The notes beneath the pieces were generated by a model that was not told the origin of the DNA, did no database searches, and was given only the letters and a program-made list of their open reading frames with translations. The position numbers and the translations under genes are program-made. 64,000 nt of DNA from Lingula anatina (Eukaryota; Animalia; Brachiopoda): the NCBI GenBank assembly GCA_051362555.1, contig CM120640.1:38149967-38213966 (forward strand), written 5' to 3'. Below are positions 11,300 through 22,035 of the stretch, in pieces; the stretch's first letter is position 1, and each line of letters starts with the position of its first letter.

Positions 11300-13485
11300 G
11301 GCGCGATTGGTGTAGCGGAGTTCTCGTGTCATTTAGGCGATTGACACGGTACTGTTAACACGCTTATGATTACGACTCCGTAGACGACATGGTTGATGAG
11401 TCCAGTGGAGGCGAACACTTTACCTTGGAAAGTAAAAAGAAAGAGCCGAAAGACAATTTCGACCATAGACTGTCTACATTTAATGCCGAAGCCAGTGATT
11501 GTGAAAACTGAAAGTCGACAATATTTATCTTGGAAAATAGAAGGTAATCACCATCAATTTGACTCAACAGTAATGGAAAATAAGATTATTGTGGTGAACA
11601 AACTGACAGTGCCTCACAGTCTTGGCAAGAGAAACCAACATCAAAATTGCTGACACTTTCGACACTGTTAAGGAATATACTGTAAATCCTCTTGCTAGTG
11701 ATTTTGGGAGCGAGAGAGAGAGAGAGAGTTACAAAGAAAAATTAAAAGAAAACAAAAAGGGAGCCAAAAAAAAAAAAAAAAAATCAAGTTATATCAGCAG
11801 ACCAAGAGATGGGTGTGGTGAGCGATACTTCTCAGCGGAGATGTCTTTTTCGGAGCAGCGGGTCGAGACTTTGCTTAGCTTGTTGAGGAAAGGGCCATTT
11901 CATGCTTGAGTGACCAACTTACAGAGGGGAAAGTTCTTCCACTAGAGTCCAACACCAGAGATCATGGAACATCTGGAATGGGGAAGAAGGCGGAAGCATT
12001 GAAAAAAAGATAAGTACCCGGTACATGTATGAGTGCGTTAGTTTCAATCAAGAGTTTCATAATTATGAACATGAGGAAAATCAGAAATTCATACCCGTGA
12101 AAAGTAGGTTAAGAACCAATTTAAATTTTTGGGAAGAAGTAGGGTTTTCATCTTTTATTCTAGACTTGATAAAAATGGTTATAATTTTCCGTTTATAACA
12201 ACACCCTGTGGGATGAGGAAAGATAACAGCTTTCACCATTGAAAAATAAGTTTTTTGTTAAAAAGCTTTTCTTGAATTGGAAAAGAAGCGTTTGATTAAA
12301 AGGTGTAGCAAACAACCAATTGTTGGTAACCCTTAAACAGTAGCAGTGCACAGCAGTGTAAAAAAATAGATTGATTTTAGATTTACGAGAAGTAAACAAA
12401 CATGTCTGTAAGCAGTCTGGTAGTTACGGACATTTGAGAACGGCTCTTATGTTTATGAAACTGTTTGGTTGGATGATTAAATTTGATTCAGCTTATCATC
12501 ATCTAGATATCTATTATAAACCTCATACAGATTATTGAGGTTTTTCATGGATAATTCAAGATCAGCAGATTTACTTTTGATTCTTAGTTTTTCCATTTGG
12601 GTTATCATTAGCACTTTATATTTTTTCAAAATCGACTAGCCAATTAATCAAAAAATGGAGATATCAAGGTTTTCAAACTTTGATGTAATTGGATGACGGT
12701 CTGTGGTACTGTAGTAACAAAGATAGACTGGAGCATCAGGGTGCTGAAATCAAAGAGGATATTGCTAAGTCAGGTTTTATGCAAACGTATGAGAATACTA
12801 TTTGGTCGTAGCTACAGAGTCTGGCATTTTTAGGCATCGATATAGATATTAGTATTGGGGAAATCAAATTTCTTGATATTAGATTAGCAAGAGCTTAGAG
12901 AACTGGCATTATATTCGCACGAAAGTGAGCAGAGGTCTGGCTAGTTTTGTTGGTCAGATTATACTGTGTCTATTGTGCTTTTACCTCAGTGCAATAAGGT
13001 AGTTTATTCTGATGCTAGTAGTACTGGGTTTGGAGGATATTGTGTGGAGACACCTAAAAGGGTGTGTTGCGAGGAATGGTCAGCTGACGAAGCGACGGAG
13101 AGCTCTACTTACAGAGAACTGATAGCTGTTTTCAGGGTCTTATTTTACATGGCAAACACGTTGAGTGGTTTGAGATTGAAGTGGTTTTCTGATAGCAAAG
13201 ATGTTGTAAACATTAAAGAAAAAAGTAGCATGAGGAGTAAATTACAACCTATTATTTTAGATGTTTTTCTTCTAATGGAGTAATTCAATAGAAATGTAAG
13301 GATACTGAGAAAAAAAAATACCCATGCAGATTATATAAGTAGAAGTGTGTATGTTGACGATTGGGGTATTTCTCAAGAATTATTCTCACATTTTGGTAAG
13401 ATATGGGGTCCTCATGAAGTGGATTGGTTTGCGTCCTGCTACAATGCTTGAGTACATATTTTTATTCTAGATTTTAGAATTCAGG
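11300..13485 (+). mobile_element. Decayed DIRS/Ngaro-group retrotransposon: gag (CCHC), RT, RNase H, methyltransferase-like region
   Basis: ORF1-like IKIAD...TVKEY..NPLASD and zinc knuckle CLAC*GKGHFMLE* (11872-11913); RT VKSRL..NLNFWE, LILDLREVN, SAYHHLDI, FPFGLS, LDDG; RH YSDASSTGFGG, SSTYREL, KWFSDS; then DDWG...WGPHEVDWFAS..N...FYSRF. Many stops and frameshifts. Confidence 0.9.
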
Positions 13486-14043
13486 AACAGTGAATGGGAC
13501 ACGCGTCGTTTACGGCTCTATCCTGGTCCTTAGATCAAATTCGGTCCCTTATTTCTACATTGTCCTTCACCTGTAAATGTCCATCATGACGTGATCAAAT
13601 GTGGCACCGAAACGTGCCCTTGGCTGACTCTGTTATGGTCTCAAAATTTTTGAAGCTTTAAACTTTTAGATACTACCTAGTTTCTTATTGAAAAGTCGAG
13701 ATAAAGAGGTGGCAATTGGCTTTTGATAAATCGGGTTAAATCGTATTTATGCCCAGTGAAATTTCTTGAAAATATTTAGATTTCATTGGTAGGTCTCGAT
13801 CCTAGCTACAGCTTTTCAAATTTATATGGCCTATTTTAAATATGATATCGTTGAGTTACAATGACAGTTATTTATAGATGAAAATTGGATAACGATGCGG
13901 GGGAGAATCGGTGCGCGTACAACAGTAATTTTAGGGGGTATGTTTCGATGAGGGGAGCTATCGGTGTAGGGTCGTATCGATGCGTAAAATGAAAAAACAT
14001 TAAACGGAAGTATCGGTGCCGGGGAGTAGTTCTGTGGACATTA

Positions 14044-14209
14044 TTTTGATCGCTTTTTGTAAAAACCTGAAAAATAGTCGATTTTGGCTGATTTTGTTAG
14101 GTCCGATCTATGGCATTTTTTAAAATAAAGTTTTGGGAATATAATGCAGCGTTCTTATTTACCAGGCTTTTTTTACGATATCTGGAAGGCGTGTTTGGTC
14201 ATTTCTAGT
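14044..14209 (+). repeat. Diverged dispersed homologue of the 363-bp satellite monomer
   Basis: Blocks match 22/27, 17/19 and 22/26 nt to the monomer, with the same 107-bp spacing between GTCGATTTT and GGWAGG. Confidence 0.8.
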
Positions 14210-14559
14210 CGTCACTTCCTTAAAGGTCTTGGTTCAGATTTTATCGTTGATAAAGCAAAATAATGCCTTTGTTGAATGAAAATCTATAATTAGGGACCCA
14301 TTACTCCATAACAAAAATATTTAAACAAAAATGACGGCACAAGATTGTAGCCCATACACTCGAGGTCAAAGCTGCCAATTTTCGTGATAAAATCTTGTTT
14401 AGGGATGAAGTTACGCCCCTTGCCAATTGCTATTTCACCTCAAAATAGAAAGGCGTTAAATTGACAATTAAAGCTTTGAGTTGCCTATGCTTATACATTG
14501 CAACGAGAAATATGACAGTCAATTTTTTATATTTTCGAGGAGATTTTTATTGTTTTAAA

Positions 14560-14930
14560 TCAGCAGAAAGATAGGTGCCTTAGAGACTTAAAAGATCAAC
14601 AAGCAATAATGCAAGCCAAGCAGAACTAGGAACCCTATATAAATATTGGTGTAGTGAAACTGACACAGGTTTGGGAAAAGAATAGAAGAGTTACCAGGCA
14701 GCCGAATAGTAAAACAATTGTGTAAATAAGAGATATATGATAAAAACATACCTGGACCTCAGCCACTTAAATATTCCTTGAAACATGGGGACTTGCAAAT
14801 AAGATAAGAAATATAGCACACTACACAAGCCTAGAACATGAAATAACCACAAAAAATTAAGAACCTATTCTGGCAGGAATTACAAGCTGATAAATTTGGT
14901 AAACTAAAAACTTTAAAATCTTTTTAAAAT
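14560..14930 (+). pseudogene. Decayed non-LTR retrotransposon C-terminal fragment (RTE-X-like)
   Basis: LKRSTSNNASQAELG and RFGKRIEELPGSRIVKQL resemble the post-RT ST.N.A...ELG motif of RTEX-type LINEs; frameshifted. Confidence 0.4.
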
Positions 14931-16151
14931 ATGCAAAATGAATGATAGATGAATAAACGAACGAATAAACGAACGAATAATCAAGGTAGACAAATCAATC
15001 AAACAAATGAAACTGATAACCCTACATTTTACAGTACCATGGAATAAACGTAGTATTAATAAGAATGCTGTATATATTAGCGCCCGTGGTCTTATTGATC
15101 AATTAATGTATGAATGAATAAGTCAAATCCACATGTACATCAGGGGCGGATCCAGGTTTTTTTTCCTCAGAATTTTCCACAACTTTCCGCCATTTCCTGT
15201 TAGTGACAGTGATTCCTCCGTCCTCCACAGTCTTAATTTTCTGCTCAGTTCTGTACATGAGGATTCCATCTTGTAGCTAGAAAAAAGGAAAATTGAGAAA
15301 TACACTATGCGTGCTCCATGGAATAGAGACGAAAGGAAAAATACTTGTACTATCAAGCAGTTACAGTGTCTTAATATATATCAAATGAACACTTTGCACA
15401 ATGCTTCTTGCATAATGTAAGTATATGACAACCTGCAAATGAACAGTCTGAAACAGTGTTAAATACGCAGCTAGTATTTTGTTTACTTTGTAATGTTTTT
15501 AGCAGTGCGTCTCAAACATCTTTTAAATAGCGTTCAACGTTGCGCCAGCTTGGTACTTACCCTCTAATAAATACAACCGCACCGCCTTAGGATCGATCGT
15601 GAGTCGACTGCGAGTAAGATGAACCCTCCACAAATATATAGGTCTCGTGTGTGAAGAGTGAAAATCCTCTATGGCGTACCCATTAAAAGACGGGTGTATA
15701 TCTTTACATGGGTTTAGCTTTTACGTTGGTTTATCTAGTGAATGCAGGGATATACAGCCAGCGTAAAATGAGCTTGCCCATCGAAAAGTATTCATTAAAT
15801 ATCATGCAAAAATAAAAAATAACACTGGGATATCGATAAAAGCACCAATTATAGTTTAGGAATTTGTTTATAGAAATGCTCTGAGACTAACGGGGCTCCT
15901 GTGTAATACGAACGTGTTTACTCACCATATCCATATCAACTGGTTGACAGACTCTCTTCCATCACTGCATCTCTGCCACTGCACCACGAAGGAAGCTGTG
16001 CCGAAAAACCCGAAACACCGTGACTCTTATTGTCAACGCCTTTTCGTGTTCAATAGTAATACAATATGAATATTAATGACTATGTTTATGAACACTTAAT
16101 ACATTTATACATGAATATTTAAATTAGAGGACAACCACGTTTCGCTATAGT

Positions 16152-16370
16152 TCTAACGTGACAGGAAGTCCGTGTAATAGAGAGTCCGGGGGACCCTCTA
16201 TTACACGGCCTTTCTGTCACACTAGAGGGACCCTATAATGAAGACTCCCAGTTTCAGAAACCAGGGGTCCGTAGGATTAACTACCTGGCTCCATTAAATG
16301 AAAAAATGAACGTCCGTAGGACCCCTGGTTTCTGAAACCGGGAGTCCGCGGATCCTGTTTCGACGGACTC
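16152..16370. repeat. Cluster of adjacent inverted repeats
   Basis: 36-bp arms 16152-16187/16191-16226 (5 mismatches); 28-bp arms 16243-16270/16319-16346 (1 mismatch); 7-bp arms gagtccg/cggactc within 16342-16370. Confidence 0.9.
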
Positions 16371-18378
16371 TGTGTCACGTTACACCGACCCTCACCCCCT
16401 TGGAGTTATGTTTGGGGCACGCTTAAGGGCCCCGAAAAAAGGTGTTTTAGAGGGAAAATATCGTCATTTGGTACGATTTATAACTATTATTCAGCTAAAT
16501 ATTTTGGGTGTAATTTGTTGTCAGGAATCGAAGGGGGGAGGGGGTCTGGATCCCCCTGACACCTCCCTCTTAATCCGCCATGTACATGTATTAGACCGTG
16601 AACATTCGTGAACAGTTTCAACCGCAGTCCCTCGCCTGAAATGAGCCATGCCTGTATGTAATTTGCATAACAATTACTTGCTCATCGTAGTGCGAGCTGT
16701 ACTTCCGAGTAGGACACAGCTAGATGAAGACGCAATGTTCAACGTGTGGTGCAGTCGCAACGCAGTCGTATGAGGCGTAGAAGCAAATGCATGTTTCGTA
16801 AGTAGCACTTTTTCTTCAGTAACGTATGTCAGTTGATAGAAAGAGAGCAGAAAAATGCAAAGAAATTTGCGAATTGTATTTACTGGTATGTTACTACTCT
16901 TTGTTGTATTTTGCCTGTCGTTTCTGTAATGTCACTCAAAATACTATTTAGCAAATTAGTAAATGGGCATATTACCACAAAGATCACTGACATATTTAGA
17001 CGATAGTACCGTACTTGTCACAGTATCGAACTTTTGATCCAAAGACAAGCGTGCCCCATCAACGTGTACATCAATTTTATAGTCAAAGTTTATCAAAAAT
17101 TCAAACGTCTCCTTTTAAGACAATCACAATAGTTTAAAATTTTTTAATCAGTTTTGTAGGTTTGTTTATTTTATTACACATGTACCTGTAAAATGCTTGT
17201 AAGCAGTGTTGAAACACGGGAAAATGATTTGTACTAAAGCGAAATATGGTTCCCAAACGCGTGATGCAAAGCGATTTTAGATATTACAACTTTATATAGT
17301 AGGTAAAATAAATAAACGTCTGTAGTGATAACCTCCACAAATTAGAGGAGTGTTTTCAATATTTATTTTTTCAAAGCAAGATATCTGAAATATCATTATT
17401 ACTAACTTCAGGTCTTAATTTTGGCGTTAGGCAACATAGAATCGATTGATTCGGGGTGCTAACTGAGCCTGAACTATGGACAAGTCGGTAAACACTCACA
17501 TCATTTCAAGTGCCCTCTTCTCTGAGATGTAAATTGCATTGGTCGTATCTTCCAAGCCTGCCCGTATAGTCAGATATTGTTAACATTACCTTCTCATTTC
17601 AGAAGTCCACTGAGATACTGAGAACTGCACGACACCCGGCTGCTAGCAACCGAGCCTGTCATTCACGCTCTGGAACCCAACGCACATCCATGCATCTTTT
17701 GTTTTAAAATTGAATAAATACGTTTGTCATTCCGTGTTTTCTTTTTCACTTCGATATGAAATGATGATAAATATATTAATAATAATAGAGGGTTAGGGGT
17801 AAAATTATAAAGATATTATTGTCTGAGCACTTTCAAATTAAATGTGCTAAAACTGATCTGTATGCATTGTGTTTGGGATTGATGGTTTCAACAGTAACAG
17901 AAAATGTCGTAAATCAAAAGGATTAAAAGGTTTGTTAATAATTGAGAGCATTTTAAGAATACATCTACAGCATTTCCAACAGCCCACATTAATAAATACA
18001 ATTTGTGTGAATTTACGATCTTGCTTTATTGAAAAATCTGCCCTACATTTTATTCTATAGTGAGACGGTTTTTTATATCTATTGGAATAAATTAGTTCGT
18101 CCTCCCGGATATAATTTTCTTAATTTAATATAGGTCCATATTTTAAGGGTTATGGTTTGCTACAGAAAATCGATTCAAATATCACGACCTTCTATTCAGA
18201 CGAATACTTTAATTTTAAATTAAAACAGAAATATAAGATATCCTGACACTTTTGAAATGACAACAGTTGAAATTTGCTCCTCCACTAAAAAAAAAATAGT
18301 TCTGCATATTCTGACATGTTTGAAAATGTCTCATTAAAATCATAATTAAAATAAATTCATCCTTTGATTTAATGAAAT

Positions 18379-18870
18379 AGACTCGCCCCACTTGTGTGAC
18401 CCCTCAAATCAAGTGGACTCGCCCCACCTGTGACCCCTAAAATCAAATGGACTCGTCCCACCTGTCACCCCTGAAATCGAGTGGACTCGCCCCACCTGTC
18501 ACCCCTCAAATCGAATGGACTTGCCCCACCTGTCACCCCTCAAATCAAGTGGACTCGCCCCACCTGTCACCCCTCAGATGAAATGACCTCGCCCCACCTG
18601 TCACCCCTCAAATCGAGTGGACTCGCCCCACCTGTCACCCCTCAGATGAAATGAACTCGCCCCACCTGTCACCCCTCAGATGAAATGAACTCGCCCCACC
18701 TGTCTCCCCTCAAATCGAGTGGACTCGCCCCACCTGTCACCCCTCAGATAAAATGGACTCGCCCCACCTGTCACCCCTCAAATCGAATGGACTTGCCCCA
18801 CCTGTCACCCCTCAGATGAAATGAACTCGCCCCACCTGTCACCCCTCAAATCGAATGGACTCAACCCATT
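18379..18870. repeat. 34-bp minisatellite, about 14 copies
   Basis: Unit ggactcgccccacctgtcacccctcaaatcgagt; starts at 18483, 18517 and 18551 give period 34. Confidence 0.96.
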
Positions 18871-20251
18871 TGTAAATGCAGGTCATCTTCTTACAGGGTC
18901 TAGCCGTCAAGTGACTAACCAGGAGCATAGCTCGCATTGCGATGTGTGACTATTGTTATGCAAGTTACAACTGGCACCGTGCATGGCACATTTGGTTGAG
19001 GAGTTGCTGTGGAAATCGGTCTCAAAGAACGGCGAATCTATGGAATATTATTTTACTATTGTGACAAGGCTATCACCCCCCGCGTAGACCTATCTGTCAC
19101 CGTACATAATATTTCTCAAGGACAACTAGTTTATAATTAATCAAAAACTAAAAATAACAATGAAGATAGGTATAACAAGTAAATGATGATACTCATACAT
19201 TCGGGGAGTAGCTTTGCGCGGGATGAATATCGTATTGTACGGCCCCCTGGCTATCGATTGTAAGTAATAGATATAAACTGGCCCGCTCGAAGATGCTGTG
19301 GTTCCGAGGTCAAAAAGTACTGTACATGTACTAACCATGATTAAGGGAAGTTATTGAAGTTATCAATTTATGATTTTAGAGATACTAATAAGCTTACCTT
19401 TTTTAACACTGGTCGTATTCACAAAAGATTGTAAATATTACAGAGAGAAAGAAAAATACCCAAGAGAAAGGTGGGGGGGGGGGGGGGGGGGAAGGAGCGC
19501 AATGTGAAACGCTTTGATATGATGTTCTTATTCAGCTATTCAAACGATCATAAATAATTTGTAAACTCTTCACCCTTGATTCAAATAAATAAAAAAACAA
19601 CAACAATTAAAGGTTGTAGTATTTGCCACAGAAGCCAAACTGAAGTAAAACATTTGAAATAGCAAAGAAAGAGGAAGAGAAGTAAAAAAATTAAATTCCC
19701 AAATCTTTTGAAACTAGTAATCTTTCTTCGACAGTATCTTTTACATAACCGTCTTTTGTGTTTTCAGATCGCCATCTACCGTGTTTCTTAAACAGTCTGC
19801 CTTTAGTCCCTGCATTAGCAGAAGCTGTAGCCCCTCCTGCTCTTAAGCTATGAAGACCGAATTGTTTTTTTGTCTAAACCAATTGAACTGAAAACATTAC
19901 CCTCTACCAGGGCGACTGATAGATTTTTACGGATATTCACAGATATGTCTCTAGCTAGATAGATTGTCATTTTAACTCTAAGTCACCCTGTACAGAAATC
20001 TCAAGGTTGATTACATGCCTGGTAATTGATTGCATAACTGCTCAGGCACTGCCACTTGGGAGGTCCAGTCTAAGTCTGCATGACAGCAATCAAGACAGTT
20101 AATTGCTCTGACCTTAATCACTTGCTCTTCTGACACAGATAAAAATAGCCCCCAGTGAATAGCTTATTACTTCAGCTAACTGTGGAATCCCCTGAAGTAG
20201 TTGCAGAGGTATAAATACTGGTGCAGTAGCAGCCTGAAAGCATTGTTAGGT

Positions 20252-20370
20252 ATGGAGCGTGAAGAAGCAGATCGGATAGTAAGCAAATTTTGGAATTTTG
20301 AAGAACTGACAAAATATTAATTTGAAGCGGTGAGTGCTGCAGTCAGAAGGAAGGACGTGTATGTTGGAAT
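20252..20370 (+). pseudogene. N-terminal remnant of a RecQ-like SF2 helicase inside the TIR element
   Basis: MEREEADRIVSKFWNFEELTKY*FEAVSAAVRRKDVYVGI resembles the Q-motif-to-pre-Walker-A segment (L...Q.EAV.A....KDV.V); TAA lies where CAA (Gln) is expected; TATAAA at about 20210 upstream. Confidence 0.55.
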
Positions 20371-21145
20371 AAATTAAAGTACTGGGTGGAAAAAAATCTC
20401 GAAATTTAATAAAAGTACTGGATGGAATAAAAGTACTGCCCGGAAAAAAACCTTCACACCACTCCTCCCCCCGCCCCCCCCCCCAAAAAAAAAATGAAAT
20501 AAATAAATAAAAATAAAGAAGAGAAAGAAAAAAAAACTAGCTATTTATCAGTGTTAAAAAAAACTTTCACCAGGTAAAATTCACTCAGTATTATAATTTA
20601 TTTATCTTAAAAACAGGATATCTAATTTATTTTCAAAAAATAAAAAATTGTGCCGTGAGTTAAATTTAATAATCGCCAGGGTCCGAAGACCCAGATATAT
20701 CGCACCTAAGCCGCCTCCGATAGTCATACGGAGACGTTATTCAAAGTAGGCCTAAATTTATTCTCAGATATAGGCCTAAGGTTTGTTTTGCATACGTGTA
20801 AACTCCTAAGGGTTAAACTTACATAGAAGTGTGATTTAACATCGTTTATATCACAAATCGGCATGAAATAATTGACGTTTGAAAACAGACACAACTTCTT
20901 TGCTGCACTTGAAATGACCTTCTTAGCTATAAATATGATCCTATCACCTTGCAACATTACATCATTCGATCGATATACATGAGTAGTTGTCACTGTTGAG
21001 GAGAAAGTACGTCTATTTATAGGAACTGAAATCAGATGACGCATGTATCGTAGTGTTCAGAGAGCGTCTTCAGCTTGACCTACTTTCCAGTACGTATGTC
21101 GAACAGTAGCTGCACCGATATTTCTTCTCATTATACTTAAATTTA

Positions 21146-21368
21146 TACCCCCTTTACACTGGACGGCGTCCTTTCTGCGTCCTTTCTGCGACCATGAAAT
21201 TTGGCATCGCTGCGGTCTCAATAAGGAGACACGAGCATTGATTTTGTATCAGAATGAATGCTCAATGATCGGCCAGTTGTCGGCACGTAAATTATTATTA
21301 TTTTTTAACTCTCAAATGGGACCGTACTGCTGGACGCAGAAAGGACGCCGTCCAGTGTAAAGGGGCCC
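21146..21368. mobile_element. PIF/Harbinger-type MITE (family B, 223 bp)
   Basis: 34-bp perfect TIR core cccctttacactggacggcgtcctttctgcgtcc; TTA TSD at 21143-21145 and 21369-21371. Confidence 0.9.
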
Positions 21369-21427
21369 TTAGGAAAATAAAAAACTTGACTTGTACTTGT
21401 ATATTTTCCCATCGATACGATAGGTAT

Positions 21428-21568
21428 TTAATAAACATACCGGGTGGTAGATTTTTGAAAAATTAATAAGCGTAGGCCTACTGGGTGGAAATGGAGCGTA
21501 CCGATGGAAAGAAATTTGAAAAATTAATTACGTACCGACCGGTACGTTTATTTAATACTTCAAGGTAT
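21428..21568. mobile_element. Right end of a Tc1/pogo-like MITE; related fragment at 20371-20450
   Basis: Repeated aataa(g/a)cgtac(c/t)gggtggaaa motifs ending in accggtacgtttatttaatacttcaaggta; similar aataaaagtactgg repeats at 20371-20450. Confidence 0.4.
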
Positions 21569-21820
21569 GTGAGGAAACACCGGGCGTGATAGCCGCCATT
21601 TTTTTTAAGCTGCAGTACGGAATTGTGGGATACGGCTCACTTCGGGAAACCCCTTCCAACCACGTGACTGGTTTTTGCAGACAGCAGAGCCTAGACAGGT
21701 TGCGTAATGTGCAGTTAGCACATCGTCGCGAAACGAAGCTCAAGCAGAGCGAGAATAAAGCCCTCTGCGCGCGGGCAAAGATAATTGCTTTCAGATGGCA
21801 TTTCTGTACAGGGTGACTTA

Positions 21821-22035
21821 CACCCCATTTCCATAGATTAGATCGATCTACTTTAGATCGACCTAACTCCCTGGGGGTTCACGCTAAATAGCTGTCAGCC
21901 GGGCGGACACGAAAGTTAATTATCCCCTTACAGCTTGTAGTAGGCGGGACGGACATTTAAGTCGGATTATCTGAAAGTAATCTAGTGAGACTCCCCGCGG
22001 GGATAGATCGATCTAAAATCTATGGGAATAGAGCC
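21821..22035. mobile_element. PIF/Harbinger-type MITE (family A, 215 bp), inverted relative to the 8073 copy, inserted in the right TIR of the larger element
   Basis: Reverse-complement homologue of 8073-8287; TTA TSD at 21818-21820 and 22036-22038; the empty site is visible in the left TIR (ctctaagtcac). Confidence 0.94.

Noticed and set aside
20371-20400. Walker A (TG..GKS) continuation of the helicase remnant
   Set aside because: The agtactgggtggaaaa stretch belongs to a repeated aataaaagtactgg MITE motif, so it is not counted as helicase evidence.
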